This document shows positions 41,044-50,903 of a DNA stretch of 64,000 nt, piece after piece. Position numbers and translations under genes: made by a program. Origin of the DNA: Candidatus Latescibacterota bacterium (lineage in GTDB: Bacteria; Latescibacterota; UBA2968; UBA8231); contig CBDCNM010000001.1 in NCBI GenBank assembly GCA_965219385.1, positions 1,104,631 to 1,168,630 of the forward strand. Reading direction: 5' to 3'. Numbering within the stretch: position 1 is the first letter of the stretch; each line of letters starts with the position of its first letter. The notes under the pieces were generated by a model. That model was not told the DNA's origin. It saw only the letters and a program-made list of their open reading frames with translations, and ran no database searches.

Positions 41044-42669
41044 ATGGCTGCAAAACAAATTGCCTTTAGAGAGGAATCGCGCGAAAAAATCCTGTCGGGT
41101 GTACAGCAACTCAGCAAGGCGGTCAAGGGCACCCTTGGCCCCCGCGGTCGCAACGTGGTCCTCGCCAAAAGCTGGGGCTCGCCCACGGTTACCAAAGACG
41201 GCGTGACCGTCGCCAAGGAAATCGAACTGCCCGACTCTTGTGAGAATATGGGCGCGCAGATGGTCAAGGAGGTAGCCTCCAAGACCAGCGATGTGGCCGG
41301 GGACGGCACCACCACAGCCACGGTCCTGGCCGAAGCCATCTACACCCAGGGCTTGAAAGCCGTGGCCTCCGGGTACAGTCCCATGGAGATCAAGCGCGGC
41401 ATTGAAACAGCGGTCAACCTGGTCGTCGAGAGCCTGCAAGGCCAGAGCAAGGAAGTCAGGGACCACAACGAAGTCGCCCAGGTCGGCACCATCTCCTCCA
41501 ATGGCGATAGCTCCATCGGCGCCATCATCGCCGATGCCATGGACAAAGTAGGCAAGGACGGCACCATTACCGTCGAAGAAGCCAAGAGCATGGAGACCTC
41601 CCTGGACGTGGTCGAAGGTATGCAATTCGACCGGGGCTATCTGTCCCCCTACTTCGTCACCGATCAGGAGAGCATGGAAGCCGTTCTGGAGGATGCCTAT
41701 CTCCTCATCCACGAGAAGAAGATCTCCAACCTCAAGGACCTGCTGCCGCTGCTCGAGAAGGTCTCCAAATCCAGCAAGCCTTTGCTGATCATCGCCGAGG
41801 ATGTCGAAGGGGAGGCCCTGGCCACCCTGGTCGTCAACAAGATACGCGGCACCCTGAACATAGCCGCGGTCAAGGCCCCGGGCTACGGGGACCGCCGCAA
41901 AGAAATGCTTCAGGATATCGCCATCCTGGCCGGGGGTACGGTGATCACCGAGGATCTAGGCATTTCCCTGGAGAGCATCCAGCTCTCCGATCTGGGGGAG
42001 ACCAAGAGCGTCGTCATCGACAAGGAGAACACCACGATCGTCGAAGGCGCTGGACAAACCGCCGACATCAAGGGCCGAGTCGAACAGATCCGCAACCAGA
42101 TTGAGGAAACCACGTCGGACTACGACCGCGAAAAGCTCCAGGAACGCCTGGCCAAGCTGGCCGGCGGTGTCGCCGTCATCCGCGTTGGCGCTGCAACCGA
42201 GACCGAGATGAAGGAAAAGAAAGCCCGGGTCGAGGATGCTCTGCACGCCACCCGGGCGGCGGTGGAGGAAGGTATCGTGCCGGGCGGCGGCGTGGCCCTG
42301 ATTCGCGCCAACAGCGCTCTGGAAGACGCTACCGGCAACAACGACGCCGAGATCCAGGGTATCAATATCGTGCGTCGCGCTCTGGAAGAGCCGTTGCGCC
42401 AGATCGCCGACAACGCCGGACTGGAAGGCGCTATCATCGTTGAAAACATCGCTTCCAACGAAGGCAACTACGGATACAACGCGGCCACCGAGGAATATGG
42501 AGACCTGGTCGAGATGGGCGTCATCGATCCGACCAAGGTCGTGCACACCGCCCTCAGCAATGCCTCCAGTATCGCGGCCTTGCTGCTGACCACCGAAGCC
42601 ATGGTCACGGAGGAAAAAGAAGAGGAAGAAGCCAGTGGTCACGCTCATGGCCACGGCCACATGCACTAA
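41044..42669 (+). CDS. groEL: Chaperonin GroEL with His-rich C-terminus
   Basis: [41 protein letters not shown]; ends [10 protein letters not shown]. Confidence 0.99.
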   Translation: MAAKQIAFREESREKILSGVQQLSKAVKGTLGPRGRNVVLAKSWGSPTVTKDGVTVAKEIELPDSCENMGAQMVKEVASKTSDVAGDGTTTATVLAEAIYTQGLKAVASGYSPMEIKRGIETAVNLVVESLQGQSKEVRDHNEVAQVGTISSNGDSSIGAIIADAMDKVGKDGTITVEEAKSMETSLDVVEGMQFDRGYLSPYFVTDQESMEAVLEDAYLLIHEKKISNLKDLLPLLEKVSKSSKPLLIIAEDVEGEALATLVVNKIRGTLNIAAVKAPGYGDRRKEMLQDIAILAGGTVITEDLGISLESIQLSDLGETKSVVIDKENTTIVEGAGQTADIKGRVEQIRNQIEETTSDYDREKLQERLAKLAGGVAVIRVGAATETEMKEKKARVEDALHATRAAVEEGIVPGGGVALIRANSALEDATGNNDAEIQGINIVRRALEEPLRQIADNAGLEGAIIVENIASNEGNYGYNAATEEYGDLVEMGVIDPTKVVHTALSNASSIAALLLTTEAMVTEEKEEEEASGHAHGHGHMH

Positions 42670-42690
42670 GCCTTCCGTGGCAATCCGACA

Positions 42691-42725
42691 AAAGGGGCGA
42701 GGGGATCGATATCCCTCGCCCCTTT
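42691..42725 (+). terminator. Hairpin terminator after groEL
   Basis: AAAGGGGCGAGGG / CCCTCGCCCCTTT 13-bp stem. Confidence 0.75.
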
Positions 42726-42757
42726 GCCGTTATCCTTCTACTCAAGGGAGTTGAAGA

Positions 42758-43879
42758 ATGTCCTCTCCATCTATTTACCAACAACTGGGTATCCGCACCT
42801 TCATCAATGCCCGCGGGACCATCACCACTCTGGGCGGTTCCATTATGCCGCCGGAGGTGATCCAGGCCATGGTCGAGGCCTCCAGGCACTTTGTTCCGCT
42901 CAACGAACTCCACGAAAAAGCCGGCGATCGGATCGCCGCGCTCATCGGCGCCGAAGGCGCTTTCATCTGTGCCGGGGCGGCCAGCGGCATGGTGCTGGCC
43001 GGCGCCGCCTGCCTTACGGGAGCCGATAGCGAAGCCATTCAAAGACTGCCCGATGTCGGCGACCGGCCCAACGAATTCATCATCAGCTTGGTAGATGGAC
43101 ACACTTATATTCACCAGGGATTCCAGATCTGTGGTGGTGTCCTGGTCAAGGCCGGTACACCTACCCAGGTCAGTGCGGATGATTATGCCGACAGCATCGG
43201 TGAAAAGACCGCGGCTCTGGTTTTCTTTCTGGGCAGTCAGCCCAAAGAACAACTCCCGGAGATCATCGAGGTTGCCCACCAGCACCAGGTGCCGGTAATC
43301 GTCGACGCCGCGGCCCAGTTGCCGCCCCGGTCCAACCTGCAGGAGCTGACGGCCATGGGGGCCGATCTAGTGGTTTTCAGTGGGGGCAAGGGCCTGTTCG
43401 GGCCTCAATCCACCGGCCTGATCCTGGGACGCCGGGACTTGGTCCGGGCCTGTGCTCTCAACAGCAATCCCCACTCTGCCATAGGGCGCGGCATGAAGGT
43501 AGGCAAGGAGGAAATCATGGGCCTCCTGAAGGCCGTCGAACTGTTCGTGCAACAGGATGAAGAGGCTGTAATCCAGGAGTGGGAAAAACGCTGTCAGGTC
43601 ATTGCCGCTGCCGTGCGGCAGACAAAGGGCATAGAAGCGATATACCTCCCCCCCTATACCAACAAGTTTCCTCCGGCCAGTCCATTCCTCAACCTTCAAT
43701 TCGCCCTCAACGCTCCCCTGAGTGCACCCGAGGTCCTCAAGGCCCTGGAAGAGGGGGGGGAACCTTCCATCCTGGTCAGCGGCGCGCAGAACTCCCTGAC
43801 CATGGGCCCACAAACGCTCCAGGAAGGCGAAGCGGAGATCATCGGCCGCAGGCTCGAAGAGATCCTCGGACAGGCCTGA
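42758..43879 (+). CDS. SelA-like PLP-dependent enzyme (DgaE-like)
   Basis: INARGT.T.LGGS, VIVDAAA, FSGGK(PLP)GL.GPQSTG, IGRGMKVGKEE. Confidence 0.85.
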   Translation: MSSPSIYQQLGIRTFINARGTITTLGGSIMPPEVIQAMVEASRHFVPLNELHEKAGDRIAALIGAEGAFICAGAASGMVLAGAACLTGADSEAIQRLPDVGDRPNEFIISLVDGHTYIHQGFQICGGVLVKAGTPTQVSADDYADSIGEKTAALVFFLGSQPKEQLPEIIEVAHQHQVPVIVDAAAQLPPRSNLQELTAMGADLVVFSGGKGLFGPQSTGLILGRRDLVRACALNSNPHSAIGRGMKVGKEEIMGLLKAVELFVQQDEEAVIQEWEKRCQVIAAAVRQTKGIEAIYLPPYTNKFPPASPFLNLQFALNAPLSAPEVLKALEEGGEPSILVSGAQNSLTMGPQTLQEGEAEIIGRRLEEILGQA

Positions 43880-43977
43880 ACCGCGGTCCCGGTGAATATT
43901 GACAGGCAGGATCGTTTTATTTATTTAGAATCTAGAGTCAACCGCCCTCGTCGCCACTTCAACAAGGAGCCGTCGCC

Positions 43978-44283
43978 ATGACCGAAGACAAAACCGTGCT
44001 GTCCAGCGAAGAAGTAGATGAAGAATTGCAAACCCTCCAGGGCTGGAGCCGGGATGGCATCGTCATCTCCAGGGATTTCGTCATGGCCAATTTCAAGGAT
44101 ATTACGGCTTTCCTCAACCACCTGGTCAAGACCATCACCGAGATGAACCACCATCCCGATTTTGGCCTGGACACCGGTTCCAAGACCATATCGGTCTCCG
44201 TCACCACCCACAGCGAACAGGCGGTCACGCGCTCCGACATCGACTTTGCCCGGGCTCTCAACGCCTGGCGGCCCGGCACCTGA
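43978..44283 (+). CDS. Pterin-4-alpha-carbinolamine dehydratase
   Basis: GW, F..F, NHHPD, TTHS...VT..D..FA. Confidence 0.88.
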   Translation: MTEDKTVLSSEEVDEELQTLQGWSRDGIVISRDFVMANFKDITAFLNHLVKTITEMNHHPDFGLDTGSKTISVSVTTHSEQAVTRSDIDFARALNAWRPGT

Positions 44284-44295
44284 GCAGGATAGGGT

Positions 44296-47200
44296 CTATT
44301 CCCTGACCAGGACAAACTTGCCCTGATGGGCCTGGGTGGCGTTGACCACCCGGTACAGGTACACTCCACTATGCACGACTTCGCCTGAGGCGTTAGCACC
44401 GTCCCACTGCACCCCACCATCCTGGTCTTTCTCTTCCAACACCCGTACCAGCCGTCCCCCCAGATCGTAGATATACACCCGGGAATCCGGGGTTAGTCCG
44501 CCAAATTTAAGCCCTCCCCGCGCTGGCAGGAAGGGGTTCGGAAAGACCCTGACCGCATTCAAGTTCGCCGCCGCGTAGCTTATCGAAACCCTGGCATTGA
44601 TGGCCCGGCCGGCTTCGTCCGTCAGCCCCTGGACCCGGATTCGATACCGTCTACCCAGTGGTTGGAGCGGGGTGGACTCTTCGAGGTCCAGCATCACTTT
44701 ATTTAACTCCAGCAGCCGGATCCGGCGGACCCGGACCCGGCTGTCCGTGAACACAAAGGCCGCCAGAGTATCCGCAGGCAGGACCACGGGACCGCTGAAT
44801 TCCAGGCTGATCCGGGTACTGGAAAGCGCCTCTGCTCCAAGCAGACGAACCGCTTCCCTGTGGGGTTTCAACTCGAACTCCACCTGCTGGGATTCTTCTT
44901 CCAGCGGGGTTCCCGGTGGATTCGGCAGGTTCTGTATAAAAAGGGCAAAACGCCCTGAATCGGGCAAGGTCCGGGTAAAACTCAGGACCACCCGCCGCCG
45001 TGTCCGATCGACAAAAACCGAAGAGGGACTCCCCACCTCGGGCGCCACCCTGTAGCGGTACGAGGTCTCGTAGGAAATATCCATAGCAGTAGAAAAATGG
45101 ACCGCAAGCTGGTGTCTCGAAATACGCTCAACGGCCAGCACCCGGGAGGCTCCCTCCACCCGCACCGCAATCGGGGCAGTACGGCTGCCTTCCACCTTTA
45201 AACTGGAGTTCAGGGCGGCGATGCTATAGGTATAGGTCACGGATTCAGCCACTTCTCGGTCTTCGAAGAGGGTATCCTCGATGGTGCTCACCAGAATCTC
45301 GTCATCCCGGTAGATCCGATAAGCTCCGGCCCCTTCGACCGGACTCCAGCCGAGCACAATCCGGGTTTTGTCGCGGGCGTAGGCGGTAAAACCGGGGGGT
45401 GCAACCAGAGCGCCCGGCGCCTGTTCGAGGGTAAACACCCCGACCCGGCCACCGGTATTAAACGCCAATTCGGGTGTCCCATCGCCATCCAGATCCCCGA
45501 CCGCCGGCCGAAAGGTATCCGTGGCCGGCGCGTGCCACACCGGCTCGTAGGCATCCACGGCTGTGGAGCGGAATACGTACAGGTGGGGCACCAGAGCCAG
45601 GACGAACTCCACCCGTCCGTCCTCATCCAGGTCTACCACCGATATACCATTGCCACTGGCCTTACCTCCCAGAACCTCGACTTGCCATTCGGCGCCAAAG
45701 GTATCGTCATCCAGGGCCTGGTACACCTGGACCTCCCAGCGGGTGTGCTGGGGCGCAAAGGGATCCTGGAACAAACGAGCGGCGATGAACTCGACGCGTC
45801 CATCTCCATCCAGGTCGACGCCTCCTCCGACCACCCGGGCATCGGCCTTGTCCGCCATCTCCTCGCGCCAGATCGCGCGCAGGGCATTGTCCGCAATGCC
45901 CTCAAAAACAAAAAGGTCACCATCCCCATCCCCGCAGAGCAACTCCCCCTGGCCATCCCCGTCCAGATCCCCTATCACCTGGCGCTCCCCTAAATCATTG
46001 GCGCCCTGGGTGGGGTTGGAAAGGGAGGCGATTTCGGCAAATTGGTCATTTCCGCTAGATTCGAATACCTGAAACAGGTTCGAGCGGCTGGAACGCAGAT
46101 ACATCTCGGGCCGGCCATCCCCGTCCAGATCCCCTACCTCCCCCCCCCACACATCCCGTTTCTCCCAGATAAGCCGGTCGGGAAAACCCCCTTTGGCGCT
46201 GCTCTCCAACAAGCGCACCCGCTGCGCGTCGACCGCCATGACCTCGTACAGGCTATCCGCATCCAGATCGTGGATATTCCAGGGAATGTAAAGACGGGAG
46301 GACGAATAGACCCGTTCGGGACCTCCCCCTTTGTAAGCAAAATAATCAGCGGCATTGTAATTCCTCCCGTCATATCCCATCTGCACCAATTCGAAATCAC
46401 CATTCCCATCAAAATCGCTCAATACTCCCAGCAGGTACCCATTTGGCAAGCGCGCGATCTCCTGGAACCGCTCCAGTGCCAGGGCCTTCGCTCCCATCTT
46501 GAACCCCGCCACGTCAACCACAGTGGTTTTGTCCTCTCCGGTCCGGGCCTTCACCTGGATGCGATAGTCCCCCGGTGCCAGTTCGACCGGCAGGCGCACC
46601 CGCTGCGCCGTGTGTTCCGGAACAGCCGGAATCCGGTAAAGCGCCTCGCTCTCGCCTTCCCTGAACAGGCAGACCCTGCCCCCCGCCGGCACATCGGTAT
46701 CCCATTCCACCAGGTACTCCCAGGAGGGCCCCTCCAGTGCCCGGGACAGGCGCAGGTGGCGCACCCGGGGTCCCCTGTGCGCCACCTGCACGGCCACCCG
46801 CTCTTCCAACCAGCGGCCCTGCCACAGTCCCCGGGCCCGGAGTACATAAGGTCCCGGTTGTAACCCTCCGGTGTTCCACACCGCCTGAAACACCCCGGGC
46901 CCATCGATGTCTTCTCGACCGAGGATCTGCCAGGACAGGGGATTTTCCCCGCCCCCCCAGCTCAGTTGGTAGCGGGTAAATCCCTCACCGGCGAGAACCA
47001 CCCGCACCTGGCTGCTGCTGTCCACCACGGTCCCGGTGCCCGGCGCTGCAATATGCAGACCCGGAACCCGGTCCAGGTGCACGGCGGCAATCTGGGCCAG
47101 ACCGGCTCCGGAGCGAGAATCCCAGTCGGGCACACCGGTATTCTGGGCCGTGAGCAGCAGAGCGCCCTTGACGCCCTGGGGCATGAAATGGGGATTGCGC

Positions 47201-48417
47201 GCCAGGATCAGCGCCGCCAGACCCGAGACGTGAGATGCCGCCATTGAAGTGCCCGAGCGGGTCGCGTACCCGGCGTTCGGCGCCAGGCTAAGAATCTGGT
47301 GGCCCGGCGCTGCCAGGTCTATACTGTTGCCCGGATTGGAAAAGGCAAGGATTCGTCCCAGCGGATCCACCGCCCCTACCGCGATGGTCTCATCGAGACG
47401 GGCGGGCATAAAGACCGGCCCCTGGCCCTCGTTCCCGGCCGCGGCCACCAGCACACACCCGGCCTGGGCCGCGTAGCGGACCACATCCCTGATCAGGGGC
47501 GAAAACTGGGGAGCGCCCCAGCTCATGTTGAGGATATGCGCCCCGTTGTCCACGGCGTATACCACGGCGGCGGCAATATCATCGTCTTCCAGGAACCCGC
47601 CCTGGGGCAGATTGAATCCGGCCCTGAGCACCATCACCTGCACCCCCGGCGCAACCCCGGCAATTCCCCTGCCATTGTCCACCGTGGCCGCTATGATCCC
47701 GGCCACGTGGGTGCCGTGCCCGGACTCGTCCCAAGGTTGGTTATCCTGCTCCAGGTAATCCCCTTGTCCCGGCAGACCCGGGGCATCGCTGAAGTCCCAT
47801 CCAATCCAATCGTCCACATAGCCATTTCCATCGTCATCTACCCCGGTGCTTCCCTCCGCCTCGACCGCGTTGACCCAGACCTGGGAGGCAATGTCGGGAT
47901 GATCCCACTCCAGGCCCGAGTCAATGACCGCCACCACGACCTCCTCGGCGCTTTCCAGCTCGGCGCCATTCCATCCCATGGCCTCCAGGTTCCACTGCTG
48001 GGTAAAAAGAGAATCGTTGGGATACCCTCCTGGTCTGCGCAGGTAATTGGGCTGGGCATACTCTACCAGCTCGAGGCGGGCGTAGTCCCGGGCAATGACG
48101 TGCGGATCTTGGGTGCTGGACAATCGGAGCCGGCGCCACCGGTGCAAAGCCGGTGCGCCGGCGACCTTGGCTGCCGCCCCCCTGCCCGGGTCGGGGGGAA
48201 ACAGACGGGTCTCCCCGACCAGGCCATAGCGATTCTTCAAGGTCTCCAGAGCTTCGAGACCTGCCCTGGTGGGTTTGGCAGCTCCCCCGCTGACCCGGAT
48301 CAGGATCTCGCCGGGTGCATATTCGGGGAGGACATCGTCAGCACCCCCTGCAACCGTCCAGGTCCCCATCCCCAGTGTGATCGCTAAAAGCCGTAGTTTC
48401 CGCTGCAGCAAATCCAC
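44296..48417 (-). CDS. Secreted S8 subtilisin-like protease with FG-GAP repeats, FN3/Ig domains and FlgD-Ig/T9SS-like C-terminal domain
   Basis: VAVIDSG, HGTHVAGII, AAAGN, SGTSMA triad; repeated GDLDGDG; VFPNPF..WDG...SGVYLY. Confidence 0.9.
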   Translation of the reverse strand: MDLLQRKLRLLAITLGMGTWTVAGGADDVLPEYAPGEILIRVSGGAAKPTRAGLEALETLKNRYGLVGETRLFPPDPGRGAAAKVAGAPALHRWRRLRLSSTQDPHVIARDYARLELVEYAQPNYLRRPGGYPNDSLFTQQWNLEAMGWNGAELESAEEVVVAVIDSGLEWDHPDIASQVWVNAVEAEGSTGVDDDGNGYVDDWIGWDFSDAPGLPGQGDYLEQDNQPWDESGHGTHVAGIIAATVDNGRGIAGVAPGVQVMVLRAGFNLPQGGFLEDDDIAAAVVYAVDNGAHILNMSWGAPQFSPLIRDVVRYAAQAGCVLVAAAGNEGQGPVFMPARLDETIAVGAVDPLGRILAFSNPGNSIDLAAPGHQILSLAPNAGYATRSGTSMAASHVSGLAALILARNPHFMPQGVKGALLLTAQNTGVPDWDSRSGAGLAQIAAVHLDRVPGLHIAAPGTGTVVDSSSQVRVVLAGEGFTRYQLSWGGGENPLSWQILGREDIDGPGVFQAVWNTGGLQPGPYVLRARGLWQGRWLEERVAVQVAHRGPRVRHLRLSRALEGPSWEYLVEWDTDVPAGGRVCLFREGESEALYRIPAVPEHTAQRVRLPVELAPGDYRIQVKARTGEDKTTVVDVAGFKMGAKALALERFQEIARLPNGYLLGVLSDFDGNGDFELVQMGYDGRNYNAADYFAYKGGGPERVYSSSRLYIPWNIHDLDADSLYEVMAVDAQRVRLLESSAKGGFPDRLIWEKRDVWGGEVGDLDGDGRPEMYLRSSRSNLFQVFESSGNDQFAEIASLSNPTQGANDLGERQVIGDLDGDGQGELLCGDGDGDLFVFEGIADNALRAIWREEMADKADARVVGGGVDLDGDGRVEFIAARLFQDPFAPQHTRWEVQVYQALDDDTFGAEWQVEVLGGKASGNGISVVDLDEDGRVEFVLALVPHLYVFRSTAVDAYEPVWHAPATDTFRPAVGDLDGDGTPELAFNTGGRVGVFTLEQAPGALVAPPGFTAYARDKTRIVLGWSPVEGAGAYRIYRDDEILVSTIEDTLFEDREVAESVTYTYSIAALNSSLKVEGSRTAPIAVRVEGASRVLAVERISRHQLAVHFSTAMDISYETSYRYRVAPEVGSPSSVFVDRTRRRVVLSFTRTLPDSGRFALFIQNLPNPPGTPLEEESQQVEFELKPHREAVRLLGAEALSSTRISLEFSGPVVLPADTLAAFVFTDSRVRVRRIRLLELNKVMLDLEESTPLQPLGRRYRIRVQGLTDEAGRAINARVSISYAAANLNAVRVFPNPFLPARGGLKFGGLTPDSRVYIYDLGGRLVRVLEEKDQDGGVQWDGANASGEVVHSGVYLYRVVNATQAHQGKFVLVRE

Positions 48418-48445
48418 TCCTGCTGCTTTCTTCCCTTGTGCAAAT

Positions 48446-48689
48446 CAGTAGTTCACGGAATCGGCGGACAGGACCGTGCGGGACTTGTGCCTCTGCCGTT
48501 TTATGAGGTCCAGGGCGCTCTTGCCCCTCGCCCCCTTCCCGCTGCTACGCCGGCTCGCAAGCCCACCCCACCAGGCAGGCCTGAGTCCCAGAGCCCCCTT
48601 TCCCCGCTCCCCCCCCTATAAAACCCCGACGGCAACATCCCCTCCCGTCCTTGAGGTCCAAATAGGTACGGATATTTCGTGAAGTACTG
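48446..48689. mobile_element. MITE family A, full copy (244 bp) with longer interior
   Basis: TIRs CAGTAGTTCACGGAAT / ATTTCGTGAAGTACTG, AAAT direct repeat on both flanks; homologous to 26695-26882. Confidence 0.85.
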
Positions 48690-48834
48690 AAATAGACTAT
48701 ATTATGCTATAATTATTTAACACTCTTTCTGCCAATGAGGACGGCGAGCGATTCTGCTTATTGATTCGACTGGTCAGGTGCAATACTAGCGCACCCAACC
48801 AGTACGCGCAAGCCGTCACCAATCGAAAGCCGCC

Positions 48835-49980
48835 ATGCCTGAAAAAACCTATGGTGTCCTGCTGCTGAGTTTCAGCAAACACAGCCATCAGAGCAGCTTT
48901 GTCCCCCTCTACCAGCGAAATCCCCGCACCCGCATCGTCGCGGTTGCCGACGAAGCCGATATCGAACCCGAGCTCAAAGCCGTGGACCAGGAATGGGCCC
49001 GCTGCCTGGGGGTTCCCTATATCGAGGGGATGGATCGCGCTCTTGAACTGGAAGAAGTAGATATAGTCAGCATAGGCCACGAAATCGAGCGCCGCGCCGA
49101 CCTGGCTCTGCGGGGGGCCGCCGCCGGCAAACACCTGTGGATCGACAAGTTCATCGGTACCACCATCGAGGAGTGCGATGCGGTGGTCGCCGGAGTCGAA
49201 GCAGCCGGAGTTAAATCCATTATTCCCAGTTATGCCTACGGCGAGTTGGTGCGCCAGAGCCAGGAAATCCTCAACAGTGGACGCCTGGGCGAGTTGCTGG
49301 GCCTGCACTCCGACATCATGTTCGGCAAAGGCTGGCCCCGCCCCATTGCAGATACGGGAAAAAAAAGAGGGTTCCTGCCTCCCGGACGCTGGAAATTCCC
49401 CGATATCAAGCGCGAACTGCTGACGGTTGGAGCCTATTCGGCCGGCCTGGTGCAGAAATGTCTGGGCCGACTTTCCCATGTGTACGGCCAGGCTGGCGCT
49501 TATTTCTTTCCCGAACACGACGCGCATCGCGCCGAGGATTTCGGCACCTTGACCATGACCGATGAGGCCGGTCGAATCGCCACCCTTTGCGCCGGGCGCA
49601 TCGGGGTTGCCGCCCACCCTAATGGCGGCCCCTGCCAGGCCCACCTGATCGGCACCAGGGCCAGCGTCCTGGTCGACGCCAAACGGCCCATGATGGATGC
49701 CTTTTTGCGCCATACCATCCTCGATGCCTCCTACGAACCTTCTCCTGAAGATCCCATGCAGTGGCACAGCAGCCCCCCCGGGCTGGGGGCTTCCCTAACA
49801 GCAGATACAGCGGGGCTGAGAGCTGGATTGGAAGATCTGGTCGAGGCGCTCGACGAGGATCGCTCTCCTTCCTACACGGTCCGGGATGCTCGGGACAACA
49901 TGGAAATACTCATCGCCGGGTACCTGTCGGTGAGGGGCGGGGAAATCGTGCCCCTACCTCTTGAAAGGGAGGTGCAATAA
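48835..49980 (+). CDS. Gfo/Idh/MocA family oxidoreductase
   Basis: Rossmann-like N-terminus, VDIVSI, AAAGKHLWIDK, SGRLGE, EDFG. Confidence 0.8.
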   Translation: MPEKTYGVLLLSFSKHSHQSSFVPLYQRNPRTRIVAVADEADIEPELKAVDQEWARCLGVPYIEGMDRALELEEVDIVSIGHEIERRADLALRGAAAGKHLWIDKFIGTTIEECDAVVAGVEAAGVKSIIPSYAYGELVRQSQEILNSGRLGELLGLHSDIMFGKGWPRPIADTGKKRGFLPPGRWKFPDIKRELLTVGAYSAGLVQKCLGRLSHVYGQAGAYFFPEHDAHRAEDFGTLTMTDEAGRIATLCAGRIGVAAHPNGGPCQAHLIGTRASVLVDAKRPMMDAFLRHTILDASYEPSPEDPMQWHSSPPGLGASLTADTAGLRAGLEDLVEALDEDRSPSYTVRDARDNMEILIAGYLSVRGGEIVPLPLEREVQ

Positions 49981-50894
49981 TGGCTCCCCCACCCATCATC
50001 CTGGTCGCTTTACCTGCCCAGCAGGAGCTAGTACAAACCCTTTGTGACCAGGTCGAGATTGCCGCTGTATTCAACCCGGGACGGGCGACTTTGCGAGAAG
50101 CACCCGCACCGGTTTTTGCGGATTGGGATGCCCTGCGGCGGCACACGCCCCCCGGCCTTTGCTGTTTCCTGGCCCCTTACCCATCCCTGAAGCAGGACCT
50201 CCTCAGCTGTCTCGAGCAAGGCATCCACGTCCTCAGCGCCGGTCCCATACCCCTTTCCCGCAGCGAATTCGACACCGCCTGCCAGCGGGCCGGCGAACAC
50301 CGGATCCACCTGCACTGCGGCGGCCAGTACCTGCACTCGGCGCTGTTGCAACAGTTCGTGGTCCAGCGCCGAAAACCAGAGTTTGGCGCCCCGGTGTACC
50401 TGCGCCTGGTACAGGGGGGAGGGCAGGGCCTGCTCGCGGCCTGGTGGAGTGTTTGCGAGGCCCTGGAACTGGCCCGGGACTTGCTTGATGACCCCCTGGA
50501 CGGGATCCATATCACCGCTGCGAAACAAGGCAATAAGCACCACGCCGTATTGACCGGCTCCTCGGCAAACAGAGCCAATTCACAGCTGGTCGTCGTCCCG
50601 CATCATCTTCCTCTCCACCCCGATATCACCCTGTTGGGGACAGGAGGCCTGCTCTCCAGTCGCAGCACCCACAATGCGGCTGTGCTGGTCGGCCAGGCGG
50701 GCGTCGAGTTTCACCACCCCCCCTCCCTCCGCTGCGAAACGGCCTGGCTGCTGCATTTCCTCGATCGCCTCGCCGACCACTCCGAACCCCTGTTCCCGGA
50801 TCGGCCCACTCTCGCCCTCCACCATCGCATCCTGCGCTCCCTGCGCCGGTCCCTGCGCCAGCAACAACCGCTCCGGGTTGCCGTCCCGCGTTAA
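49980..50894 (+). CDS. Divergent Gfo/Idh/MocA-like protein
   Basis: CLEQGIHVL, FGAPVYLR, ITLLGTGG; 1-bp overlap with the upstream gene. Confidence 0.55.
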   Translation: MAPPPIILVALPAQQELVQTLCDQVEIAAVFNPGRATLREAPAPVFADWDALRRHTPPGLCCFLAPYPSLKQDLLSCLEQGIHVLSAGPIPLSRSEFDTACQRAGEHRIHLHCGGQYLHSALLQQFVVQRRKPEFGAPVYLRLVQGGGQGLLAAWWSVCEALELARDLLDDPLDGIHITAAKQGNKHHAVLTGSSANRANSQLVVVPHHLPLHPDITLLGTGGLLSSRSTHNAAVLVGQAGVEFHHPPSLRCETAWLLHFLDRLADHSEPLFPDRPTLALHHRILRSLRRSLRQQQPLRVAVPR

Positions 50895-50903
50895 AGAAGC
50901 CGC

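Noticed and set aside
42758..43879. True selenocysteine synthase SelA
   Set aside because: Too short, lacks the SelA N-terminal domain, and no selB/selC/selD nearby; fits the SelA-like/DgaE group
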